Positions 24,459-32,000 of a DNA stretch of 32,000 nt are shown one piece after another. The first letter of the stretch is position 1. The number at the start of each line of letters is the position of its first letter. Source of the stretch: Phycisphaera mikurensis NBRC 102666 (GTDB taxonomy: Bacteria; Planctomycetota; Phycisphaerae; Phycisphaerales; Phycisphaeraceae). The DNA lies in assembly GCF_000284115.1 (NCBI RefSeq), contig NC_017080.1:270001-302000 (forward strand). Direction: 5' to 3'. The position numbers and the translations under genes were made by a program. The notes beneath the pieces are model-generated. The model was not told the DNA's origin and did no database searches. It was given only the letters and a program-made list of their open reading frames with translations.

Positions 24459-25952
24459 GTGAATCCCCCTCCCCTCGAGTCCCGGGCGGCGCCGGCGGCG
24501 GCGCCCGATGCGCCCGCCGGGGGCAACCTCCGCCGGCGCGCCATCGCCGGCGGGCTCTGGACGGCGGTGGGCTTCGGGGGCGGGCAGGGCCTCCGGCTGC
24601 TCTCCAACATCGTCCTCGCGCAGGTCCTCCTGACCGACGACTTCGGCCTCATGGGGAAGGTCACGGTGATCCTCACCGGCCTGCTGATGTTCTCGGACAT
24701 CGGCATCGGCCCGGCGCTGATCTCCAGCAAGCGGACCGACGCCGCCTTCCGGAACACGGCCTGGACGATCCAGGTCGGCCGCGGCTTTCTCCTGTGGGGT
24801 GCCGCGGCGGCGCTCGCGCAGCCGCTGTCGGTGCTGCTCAACGCCCCCGGGCTCACCGCGGTGCTGCCGGTGGTGGCGGCGAGCGCGGCGATCCAGGGCC
24901 TGCAGAGCAGCAACTGGTTCAGCGCCAACCGGGAGCTCTCGGTGGGCCGGATGATGGGCATCGAGTTGGGCACGATGGGCGTGCTCGTCTCGACGATGGT
25001 GTTCTGGGCGTACGCGATCGACGCGTCCGTGTGGGCGCTGGTCGTGGGGAACCTCGCCTCGGCGGTCTTCCACACCGCGATGTCGCACACGCTGCCGGGC
25101 ATCCGCAACCGGCTGCGCCTCGAACGCGAGGCGGCGGGGGAGCTGATCCGCTTCGGCCGGTGGCTCTTCCTCTCGACCGTCATCACGTTCTTCGCGATGC
25201 AGATCGACAAGCTGCTGCTGATGCGCTTCACCACGACGCAGACCTTCGGTGTCTTCTACATCGGCATGCAGCTGGCGAACCTGGGGCCGACGCTCGCGCT
25301 CAAGGTGGCCCACCTCGTGGGCTTCCCGGTGATCTCAGAGGTCTACCGCGAGCGGCCGGCGGAGTTCAGCCGCGCCTTCGTCCGGGTGCAGACGGTCACG
25401 CTGCTGCCCGTGCACGCGGCGCTGCTGGGGATGATCCTGCTGGGGCCCAGCCTGTTCTACCTCTTCTACCCGGTGAGCTACTGGGGCGCGGGCTGGATCG
25501 TGCAGGTGCTGAGCCTCAACGCCGTGGTGGGGCTGCTGAACACGAGCTACGGCAACGCCTTCATGGCGACGGGCAACACGTTCTACAACATGCTCATCTC
25601 GCTCATCCAGGTCGCGGTGACGACGGCCGCCGTGCTCACCGGCTACGCGGTCGGGGGGGAGACCGGCTTCCTGCTGGGCCTCGCCGTGTGCCAGTACGCG
25701 GCCTACCCCCTCGACGCGGCCGTCGCCGACCGCATGAAGATCTGGCAGCCACGCTTCGACCTGCCGCTGATCGCGGCGACCACGCTGCTCTCGCTGGCGG
25801 CGCTCTGGGGCGCCCAGCAGATCGCGCCGGTGTCGGCATCCTGGGGCCAGACGCTCCGCGGGGTCGTCGCCGAGTGGCGTGCTTCGGCGGCGGCCCCGCC
25901 CGCGGGCACGCTGGACGGCCGCGCGGATCGTGCCGATACGCCGGCCTCCTGA
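24459..25952 (+). CDS. Oligosaccharide flippase family protein (Wzx/PST type), paralog 2
   Basis: RRRAIAGGLWTAVGFGGGQGLRLLSNIVLAQVLLTDDFGLMGKVTVILTGLLMFSDIGIGPALIS; strongly similar along its length to the 20385..22019 product. Confidence 0.87.
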   Translation: MNPPPLESRAAPAAAPDAPAGGNLRRRAIAGGLWTAVGFGGGQGLRLLSNIVLAQVLLTDDFGLMGKVTVILTGLLMFSDIGIGPALISSKRTDAAFRNTAWTIQVGRGFLLWGAAAALAQPLSVLLNAPGLTAVLPVVAASAAIQGLQSSNWFSANRELSVGRMMGIELGTMGVLVSTMVFWAYAIDASVWALVVGNLASAVFHTAMSHTLPGIRNRLRLEREAAGELIRFGRWLFLSTVITFFAMQIDKLLLMRFTTTQTFGVFYIGMQLANLGPTLALKVAHLVGFPVISEVYRERPAEFSRAFVRVQTVTLLPVHAALLGMILLGPSLFYLFYPVSYWGAGWIVQVLSLNAVVGLLNTSYGNAFMATGNTFYNMLISLIQVAVTTAAVLTGYAVGGETGFLLGLAVCQYAAYPLDAAVADRMKIWQPRFDLPLIAATTLLSLAALWGAQQIAPVSASWGQTLRGVVAEWRASAAAPPAGTLDGRADRADTPAS

Positions 25953-25967
25953 AGGATCGGGAACCCC

Positions 25968-27164
25968 ATGCACGACGCAGCCGCCGATCCCGAACTCGCT
26001 CCGCCCCCGGCCGCGGCGGCCCCGGCGGCCCCGGCGGCCCCGGCGCACCGCCCGCTGCGGGTGACCTTCCTCTTGAAGCGTTCGGACTTTTCGGGCGGCG
26101 TGCGCGTCGTGCGGACGTACGCCGAGCGGCTGCGGGCCCGCGGCCACCGGGTCGTCGTCGTTTCCTGCGAGCAGCCCCCCGAGCCGCTGCGCCGGCGGAT
26201 CAAGCGGGCCGCGACCGGCGGCGGGATCGCTCCCGCCCCGCGTCGGGTGCCCGGCCACCTCGACGGCTGCGACCTCGACCACCGCGTGATCCCCGGCGGC
26301 CGCACGCCCTCGGCCGACGACGTGCCCGACGCCGACGTGCTCGTCACGACCTGGTGGGAGACCGCCGAGTGGGTGCGGGGCTGGCCGGCGCGGGTGGGCC
26401 GGGTGGTGGACTTCGTCCAGCACGACGAGCGGGCGATCGGGAACCCCGACGCCGCCACGCGTGCCCGCATCGAGGCCGTTTGGCGGGAGGACCGACCCAA
26501 GATCGTGGTCGCGGGTTGGATCGGCCGGGCCATCGAGGCCGAGGGCGGCGGCCGCGTGGTGCCCGTGCCCAACGCCGTCGACACCGACCTCTTCCACGCG
26601 CCGCCTCGCGGCAAGCAGCCGGTGCCCACCGTGGGCTTCATGCACACCCACGCCGCCTTCAAGGGGCCGGACGTGATGATGCGGGCGATCGCGATCGCCC
26701 GCGCGGCCGTGCCGGACCTCCGCGTCCGCGCCTTCGGCCACGCCGACGCGCCCGCGAGCGACCCGGACCTGCCCGCCGGCACCGTGTACCGCCGGCAGCC
26801 GCCGCAGCGGGAGATCCCCGCGGTCTACGCCGGCTGCGACGCCTGGCTCTTCGGCAGCCGCTGCGAGGGCTTCGGCCTGCCGATCCTCGAGGCCATGGCC
26901 TGTCGGACGCCGGTGATCGGCACCCCCGCCGGGGCCGCCCCCGAGCTGCTCGGCCCGCCGCCCGGCGGCGGCGAGCCCGCGGGCGTGCTGGTCGCCATGG
27001 AGGACCCCGATGCCATGGCGGCGGCGATCGTGCGGACGGTCCGGCTGGAGGAGGCCGCCTGGCGGGCCCTCTCCGGCCGCGCCCACGCCGTCGCCGCCGG
27101 CTACACGTGGGAGCAGGCGACCGATCGCTTCGAAACGGAGCTGCGGGCGGCGGCCAAGGCATGA
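25968..27164 (+). CDS. Glycosyltransferase family 4/1-like protein
   Basis: VTFLLKRSDFSGGVRVVRTYAERLRARGHRVVVVS...GFMHTHAAFKGPDVMMRAIAIA...CDAWLFGSRCEGFGLPILEAMACRTPVIGTPAGAAPELL. Confidence 0.85.
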   Translation: MHDAAADPELAPPPAAAAPAAPAAPAHRPLRVTFLLKRSDFSGGVRVVRTYAERLRARGHRVVVVSCEQPPEPLRRRIKRAATGGGIAPAPRRVPGHLDGCDLDHRVIPGGRTPSADDVPDADVLVTTWWETAEWVRGWPARVGRVVDFVQHDERAIGNPDAATRARIEAVWREDRPKIVVAGWIGRAIEAEGGGRVVPVPNAVDTDLFHAPPRGKQPVPTVGFMHTHAAFKGPDVMMRAIAIARAAVPDLRVRAFGHADAPASDPDLPAGTVYRRQPPQREIPAVYAGCDAWLFGSRCEGFGLPILEAMACRTPVIGTPAGAAPELLGPPPGGGEPAGVLVAMEDPDAMAAAIVRTVRLEEAAWRALSGRAHAVAAGYTWEQATDRFETELRAAAKA

Positions 27165-28519
27165 GCGTGGCCGAAGCCCCGAGCGCGCCGCCGGCCGCGC
27201 CGCGCCCGCGCAGGATGATGTGGCCGGAGCTGGACCTGCTCCGCGGCCTCGCCGGGCTGGCGATGGTGGTGAACCACACCGCCGTGGGCCTCGTGCCCGC
27301 CGCGGCGACCGGGCTGATCGCGCTGCCGGATGCGCCGCTGACGATGACGCCGGTCCAGTGGGCGAGCTTCCTGGGCAGCTTCGCGCCGATGATCTTCTTC
27401 TTCATCACCGGTGTCGGCTACGGCCTGCAGGCGCGGGCCGGCGGCGTCGGCCGCAAGCCGGGCCTGTGGAGCAAGGCCGCCGTGCTGGTGTTCGCCGACG
27501 CGATGCTCTGGCGGGTGGGGGGGCTGTGGATCGGGCTGGACTTCTTCGGCTTCATCGCCCTGTCGATGGTGCTGCTGGGGTCGCTGAACCGGCTGGACCG
27601 CCGGCATGCGATCGTGGCCGTGGCGGCGCTGCTCGCCGCGGTCTCGGTCGCCCGCTACGCCGCGGTGCCGCTCGCCGGGCGCGTGCTCGGGCCCGAGGCG
27701 GTGGGCCTGGTGGCCCAGCTCACCGGCCACCGCGCCGTCAGCGGGATCTCCTTCCCGCCGATGCCCTGGCTCGGCTACCCGCTGGCCGGCTTCCTCGTCG
27801 GCGCCGCCGCCACCGCCTCCGCCGGGTTCATCGACCGCCGCCGCGTCGCCGTCGCCGCCGCGCTGCTCGCCGCGGGCGCCGCCTGCCTCGCCGCGGCCGC
27901 CTGGTTCGCCGCCCACGGCTACCCGCTGCACCGCTGGGGCCGCCTCGCGCCCTCCTCCTACGCCGCGGGCTTCGCTGTGCTCGCGGCGCTCCTGGCCCTC
28001 TGTCTGCTGGTTTTCCCGCCGCGGCTGGGCGGCGCGGCGGGGGCGGACGGCGCCGCCGGATCCGCGGACCGCGGCCCCAGGCCCGGCTTCGGGCTCGCGG
28101 TCCGCGGCCTGTCGCTGCGTGGCGTCGCCGCCTTCGCCGTGGTGCCGCTGCACTTCCTCGCGATCGACCTTGCCGAGCTGGCGGGCGTCGCCACGGCCAC
28201 CGCCGCCGGCGTCTTCCTGGCCTGCGGGATCGTCGCCGCGTTCGCCTTGGGTGCGGCGCCGCTGGTGATGGCCGCCGCCGAGCGGGTGCGGGCCCACCCC
28301 CGGGCCGACGCCGCCTGGTTCGTCGCGCTCGCCGCGGCCGCCGCGGCCCTGGCCGCCATCGGGCTCCCGGCGCTCCGCGGGCCCGCCGGCTCGGCGGTGG
28401 CCAGCCTCGGCCAGCTCGCCCTGTGCCTGCTGCTGGCGCTCCCGCTGCCCCGGCTGGCGCAGGCCCGGGAACCGTCCGATAGCGTCCCCGCCCGCGACGC
28501 CGCCCCCGCCGCCCGATGA
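27161..28519 (+). CDS. Membrane protein, DUF1624/heparan-alpha-glucosaminide acetyltransferase-like or acyltransferase-like
   Basis: ATGA overlap with the upstream GT. RRMMWPELDLLRGLAGLAMVVNHTAVGL...SFAPMIFFFITGVGYGLQ...FPPMPWLGYPLAGFLVG with about ten hydrophobic helices. Confidence 0.7.
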   Translation: MSVAEAPSAPPAAPRPRRMMWPELDLLRGLAGLAMVVNHTAVGLVPAAATGLIALPDAPLTMTPVQWASFLGSFAPMIFFFITGVGYGLQARAGGVGRKPGLWSKAAVLVFADAMLWRVGGLWIGLDFFGFIALSMVLLGSLNRLDRRHAIVAVAALLAAVSVARYAAVPLAGRVLGPEAVGLVAQLTGHRAVSGISFPPMPWLGYPLAGFLVGAAATASAGFIDRRRVAVAAALLAAGAACLAAAAWFAAHGYPLHRWGRLAPSSYAAGFAVLAALLALCLLVFPPRLGGAAGADGAAGSADRGPRPGFGLAVRGLSLRGVAAFAVVPLHFLAIDLAELAGVATATAAGVFLACGIVAAFALGAAPLVMAAAERVRAHPRADAAWFVALAAAAAALAAIGLPALRGPAGSAVASLGQLALCLLLALPLPRLAQAREPSDSVPARDAAPAAR

Positions 28520-28576
28520 GCCGGCCGCGGTTGCGCCGCGCCGCACACCCCCAGCTCCCCGTTGAACGCCCCCGCC

Positions 28577-29404
28577 ATGCCCGAAGCCCAGCCCGCCGAC
28601 GTCCCCGTGTTCGTGCTCTGTGGCGGCCTGGGCACGCGCTTCCGTGAACAGACCGAGTTCCGGCCCAAGCCGATGATCGAGATCGGCGGCTACCCGATCC
28701 TCTGGCACATCCTCACGACCTACGCCCGCCACGGCTTCAAGAAGTTCGTGCTGTGCAGCGGCTACAAGAGCGAGAGCATCAAGGCGTACTTCCTCGACTA
28801 TTCCGCCCTGAACTCCGACTTCACCGTGAAGCTCGGCTCCCGGGGCGACGACAGCCTCACCGTCCACAGCGTCGATCACGACCAGGACTGGGAGGTCACC
28901 GTTGCCTTCACCGGCGAGCTGACGATGACCGGCGGCCGCATCGCCATGGCCACCTCGAAGTACCTCGGCGACGCCGAGCACTTCGCCGTCACCTACGGCG
29001 ACGGCGTCACCGACGCCGACTTCTCCGCCGAGTTCGCCCAGCACCTCGCCCACGACAAGCTGGGCACCGTGCTGGGCGTCAACCCGCCGTCCCGCTTCGG
29101 CGAGCTCAAGCTCGCCGGCGAGGAGGTCACCGAGTTCGCCGAGAAGCCCGACCTCGACGACACCTGGATCAACGGCGGCTACTTCTTCTTCCGGAAGGGC
29201 TTCGCCGACCGGCTCACGCAGGGCGACGATTCGCTGGTCCTGGAAAAAGAGCCGCTGATTCAGTTGGCACGCGACGGCCAGTTGACCATGTTCAAGCACA
29301 AAGGCTTCTGGCAGTGCATGGACACCCAGCGGGACTGGGACGGGCTGAACAAGCTCTGGCAGTCGGGCGAGGCGCCGTGGATGAAGGGCCCGGTCAGCCG
29401 GTGA
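28577..29404 (+). CDS. rfbF: Glucose-1-phosphate cytidylyltransferase-like nucleotidyltransferase
   Basis: VFVLCGGLGTRFREQTEFRPKPMIEIGGYPILWHILTTYARHGFKKFVLCSGYKSESIKAYF...VTYGDGVTD...WINGGYFFF...GFWQCMDTQRD. A TTG start at 28562 is also possible. Confidence 0.85.
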   Translation: MPEAQPADVPVFVLCGGLGTRFREQTEFRPKPMIEIGGYPILWHILTTYARHGFKKFVLCSGYKSESIKAYFLDYSALNSDFTVKLGSRGDDSLTVHSVDHDQDWEVTVAFTGELTMTGGRIAMATSKYLGDAEHFAVTYGDGVTDADFSAEFAQHLAHDKLGTVLGVNPPSRFGELKLAGEEVTEFAEKPDLDDTWINGGYFFFRKGFADRLTQGDDSLVLEKEPLIQLARDGQLTMFKHKGFWQCMDTQRDWDGLNKLWQSGEAPWMKGPVSR

Positions 29405-29472
29405 CCCGTTAGAACCTCACCGCCCCGGGAGACGGGGCACCGCAAAACTCGAGCGTGGTCGCGACTCCGGAA

Positions 29473-29515
29473 GGGGTCAGCCACCTTTTCCGCAGCGGAG
29501 AAGGTGGCAGACCCC
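29473..29515. repeat. Long imperfect intergenic palindrome (REP-like/stem-loop element)
   Basis: GGGGTCAGCCACCTTTTCCGC (29473-29493), A, GCGGAGAAGGTGGCAGACCCC (29495-29515); 19 of 21 positions complementary. Confidence 0.8.
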
Positions 29516-29552
29516 GCGGTTCGCAACGCCCTCGGGGCATGAAAGCAACGAC

Positions 29553-30563
29553 ATGAAGATCTTCGTCACCGGCCACCGCGGCTACATCGGCGTCCACCTC
29601 GTGGACCAGCTCAAGGCCGCCGGCCACACCGTCGTCGGCTGCGACGTGGACCTGTTCGAGGGCTGCGCCTGGGAGAAGGTGACCGACCCCGACGTGGACC
29701 TGAAGAAGGACACGCGGGAGATCACCGAGCAGGACCTCGACGGCTGCGACGCCGTGTGCCACCTCGCCGCGATCTCCAACGACCCGATGGGCGACATGGA
29801 CCCGGAGATCACCTACTCGATCAACCGCGACGCCAGCGTCCGCCTCGCCGAGGTGGCCAAGCGGGCCGGCGTGGGGCGCTTCCTCTTCTCGGGCTCGTGC
29901 AGCGTCTACGGCAAGGGCGACAACGACGACGCGCTGAAGGAAGGCGACAAGCTCAACCCGCTGACCGCCTACGCGAAGAGCAAGATCGAGACCGAGGAGC
30001 AGACCGCCCACCTCGCCGACGACGGCTTCTGCGTGAGCTACCTCCGCAATTCCACCGCTTACGGCCACAGCCCGATGCTCCGCATCGACCTGGTCGTCAA
30101 CAACCTGCTCGCCTCGGCGCTGTCCTACGGCGAGATCCGCATCAAGAGCGACGGCAGCCCCTGGCGCCCGCTGATCCACTGCGCCGACATCGCCCGGGCG
30201 TTCGTGGCCTTCTGCGACGCGGACGCGGGGGCCATCAACGGCCAGGCGATCAACATCGGCGGCAACGACGAGAACTACCGGGTCAAGGACGTCGGCGACG
30301 GCGTGGAGCGGCTCATCCCCGAAGCGAAGGTCGTCTACACCGGCGAGCACGGCGAGGACTCCCGCGACTACCGCGTCAACTTCGACAAGCTGGCGGAGCT
30401 CGTGCCGGGTTTCCGGCTGGGCTACAACCTCCGCTCGGGCATGGAAGAGCTGCACAAAGCGATGGTCGATCACGGTTTCAACGCGGAGATGTTCGAGAGC
30501 GACCAGTTCGTGCGGCTCAAGACCCTGCGCAACCGCTTCGACCGCATCGGCGTGAGCGCGTAG
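29553..30563 (+). CDS. NAD-dependent epimerase/dehydratase (extended SDR family)
   Basis: MKIFVTGHRGYIGVHLVDQLKAAGHTVVGCD (Rossmann, variant G.RGYIG), SGSCSVYG, catalytic YAKSK, NSTAYGHSPMLRIDLVVNNLL...GSPWRPLIHCADIARAF. Confidence 0.88.
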   Translation: MKIFVTGHRGYIGVHLVDQLKAAGHTVVGCDVDLFEGCAWEKVTDPDVDLKKDTREITEQDLDGCDAVCHLAAISNDPMGDMDPEITYSINRDASVRLAEVAKRAGVGRFLFSGSCSVYGKGDNDDALKEGDKLNPLTAYAKSKIETEEQTAHLADDGFCVSYLRNSTAYGHSPMLRIDLVVNNLLASALSYGEIRIKSDGSPWRPLIHCADIARAFVAFCDADAGAINGQAINIGGNDENYRVKDVGDGVERLIPEAKVVYTGEHGEDSRDYRVNFDKLAELVPGFRLGYNLRSGMEELHKAMVDHGFNAEMFESDQFVRLKTLRNRFDRIGVSA

Positions 30564-30663
30564 GGCGGGCTTGCCAGCCCGCCGGCATCACGCGATCAAC
30601 CGGCTTTCACTCGAATCCCACACGCTGCCGCCTGCGGCGGCACGGCAGGCAAGCATGCCTGCC
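30564..30663. repeat. Three GC-rich hairpins in one intergenic gap
   Basis: GGCGGGCT-TGCC-AGCCCGCC (30564-30583), TGCCGCC-TGC-GGCGGCA (30626-30642), GGCAGGCA-AGCA-TGCCTGCC (30644-30663), all with perfect stems. Confidence 0.75.
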
Positions 30664-30695
30664 CGACGGCTCCCGCGCCATGTCATCGGCCCGCC

Positions 30696-31241
30696 ATGAA
30701 GTTCCACGACACCCCCCTCCAGGACGCCAAGCTCATCGAACTCGAGAAGCGAGGCGATGAACGCGGCTTCTTCGCCCGCGCCTTCTGCACGAAGGAGTTC
30801 GCCGCCGCCGGCCTGCCCACCGCGTTCGTCCAGGTGAACAACTCGGACAGCGCCGACGCCGGCACCCTCCGCGGCATGCACTACCAGCTCGGCGACGACG
30901 CCGAGACCAAGCTGGTCCGCTGCATCAAGGGCAGCCTCTGGGACTGCATCATCGACCTGCGGCCCGACTCGCCCACCTTCAAGAAGTGGTACGGCGTGGA
31001 GCTCTCCGCCGAGAACCGCCTGATGCTCGCCGTGCCCCGCGGCTTTGCCCACGGCTTCATCACGCTCGAGCCCAACACCGAGGCCTTCTACTTCGTCGAC
31101 AACTTCTACGCCCCCGACGCCGAGCGTGGCATCCGCCACGACGACCCGGAGTTCGGCATCCAGTGGCCCCGCGAGCCCGCCGTGCAGAGCGACAAGGACA
31201 AGTCCTGGCGCGACTTCGACCCCGCCTGGCACCTGAATTGA
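30696..31241 (+). CDS. rfbC: dTDP-4-dehydrorhamnose 3,5-epimerase-family (RmlC/RfbC-like) protein
   Basis: DERGFFARAFCTKEFAAAGL...QVNNSDSADAGTLRGMHYQ...KLVRCIKGSLWDCIIDLRPDSPTFKKWYGVELSAENRLMLAVPRGFAHGFITLEPNTEAFYFVDNFYAPDAERGIRHDDPEFGIQWP. Confidence 0.87.
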   Translation: MKFHDTPLQDAKLIELEKRGDERGFFARAFCTKEFAAAGLPTAFVQVNNSDSADAGTLRGMHYQLGDDAETKLVRCIKGSLWDCIIDLRPDSPTFKKWYGVELSAENRLMLAVPRGFAHGFITLEPNTEAFYFVDNFYAPDAERGIRHDDPEFGIQWPREPAVQSDKDKSWRDFDPAWHLN

Positions 31242-31295
31242 TCCCGCACCGCGTCCCGCCGGAGCGGTGGATCCGGTGGCGTCGGGCCGGGTGGT

Positions 31296-32000
31296 TCACC
31301 GCGGCTGGATCGCCGCCCGCTGCGGGTCGTACCGCACCTCGCCCAGCGTGCCCGCGATCAGCCGCTCCACCGCTTCCTCGATCAACGGGAGCGGGACCAG
31401 GAACCACTCGCGGGGCTCGACAGCCGAGCCGAAGCGGTCCTGGAGCTGCACGTCCAGCCGGGCCTCGGCGAAGAAGCCGTGCAGCAGGTGCTCGAGCTTG
31501 TGGCGGTGCAGGTTCGCCAGCTCCCATCCGGCGACCTGCTCCACGCCGGCCAGCAGGAACGTCGGGTCCTTGGCGGCGTTCGCCAGCCGCTTCTTCACGT
31601 CCCCGCCCGTGACCCCGATCTTGTGGAGCACCTCCCGGTGCTCCGCCACGAAGGGGTCGCTCGAGAGGCTGCGGACCACGTACACGCGGCCGCTGGCGAC
31701 GTCCCCGTCCGCGGCCTCGCCCGAGAGCACCGCCCCCCCCGGACCCCGCTCCTTGACGAACAGCGGCCCCGCATCGTCGTCGCGCGGCAGGATCCGCCGG
31801 CTCGCGTCGTCCTTGTTGAGCGCCCGCCGCAGCGAGCGCATCAGGAGGTCCGACTCGGTCGCGTTGTCGAACACCACGCGCAGCCGCCGGTCGTTCTCGC
31901 CGTGCTCGGCCTTGAAGACCGACCCCGCCGAAGCCACGCAGGCCTTGTGCCCGTCGAGGACGAACCAGTCGCCCACCGCGATCCCCTCCTCGTCGCGCCC
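31296..32000 (-). CDS. GIY-YIG nuclease family-like protein, truncated by window edge
   Basis: GRVYVVRSLSSDPFVAEHREVLHKIGVTGGDVKKRLANAAKDPTFLLAGVEQVAGWELANLHRHKLEHLLHGFF...DRFGSAVEPREWFLVPLPLIEEAVERL. The frame stays open to the window edge upstream of the supplied start at 31976. Confidence 0.7.
   Translation of the reverse strand, partial: GRDEEGIAVGDWFVLDGHKACVASAGSVFKAEHGENDRRLRVVFDNATESDLLMRSLRRALNKDDASRRILPRDDDAGPLFVKERGPGGAVLSGEAADGDVASGRVYVVRSLSSDPFVAEHREVLHKIGVTGGDVKKRLANAAKDPTFLLAGVEQVAGWELANLHRHKLEHLLHGFFAEARLDVQLQDRFGSAVEPREWFLVPLPLIEEAVERLIAGTLGEVRYDPQRAAIQPR

Noticed and set aside
21653-25234. 1193-aa minus-strand ORF
   Set aside because: Antisense to flippase 1, GT2, acyltransferase and flippase 2; Arg/Pro/Ala/Glu/Gln-rich with no domain features.
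26012-26046. Short 9-bp-period repeat (GCGGCCCCG)n
   Set aside because: Lies inside the N-terminus of the GT4 gene and encodes an AAPAAPAAPA linker; ordinary low-complexity coding repeat.
24794-28519. 1241-aa plus-strand ORF
   Set aside because: Mostly an out-of-frame shadow of flippase 2 and the GT4 gene. Only the portion from 27161 is the real membrane protein gene.
27101-29299. 732-aa minus-strand ORF resembling a low-complexity regulatory protein
   Set aside because: Antisense shadow of the DUF1624-like and cytidylyltransferase genes.
1-32000. CRISPR array, tRNA or rRNA genes
   Set aside because: No regularly spaced direct repeats with unique spacers were seen; the only 22-bp spaced repeats (12.6 kb) are contiguous palindromes. 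No tRNA- or rRNA-like sequence was recognised by eye. A tRNAscan-SE/Infernal run would be needed to exclude small RNAs.

Overview
High-GC window whose gene content and codon usage look planctomycete-like; a marine, Phycisphaera-type origin is inferred, not proven. Left part, about 1-12.3 kb: a minus-strand run (DUF2752 protein, two tandem related lipoproteins, truncated unknown CDS), a CDP-alcohol phosphatidyltransferase (pssA-like), an alpha/beta hydrolase, a UbiE/MenG-type methyltransferase, a Y1/REP-associated-type transposase with a 5'-flanking palindrome, a ComEC-like protein, and a GT4-type glycosyltransferase fused to a helical glycosidase-like domain. Middle: a secreted GH86-type agarase/porphyranase-like enzyme next to a surface-polysaccharide locus. 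The locus has a minus-strand arm (DUF115/MptE-like, GT2, GT39-like membrane protein, GT4) and a plus-strand arm. The plus arm holds two successive flippase + glycosyltransferase + membrane acyltransferase sets with closely paralogous flippases, then RfbF-like cytidylyltransferase, SDR epimerase and RfbC-like epimerase. It ends against a partial GIY-YIG-type protein. I found no rRNA, tRNA or CRISPR array. There is no clear unprecedented multi-gene system. The best leads are the Y1-type transposase with its family of AAGGGGACAG(T/G)CCCCTT palindromes and apparently missing catalytic Tyr, the duplicated flippase modules, the tandem lipoproteins, and the intergenic hairpin elements near the right end.
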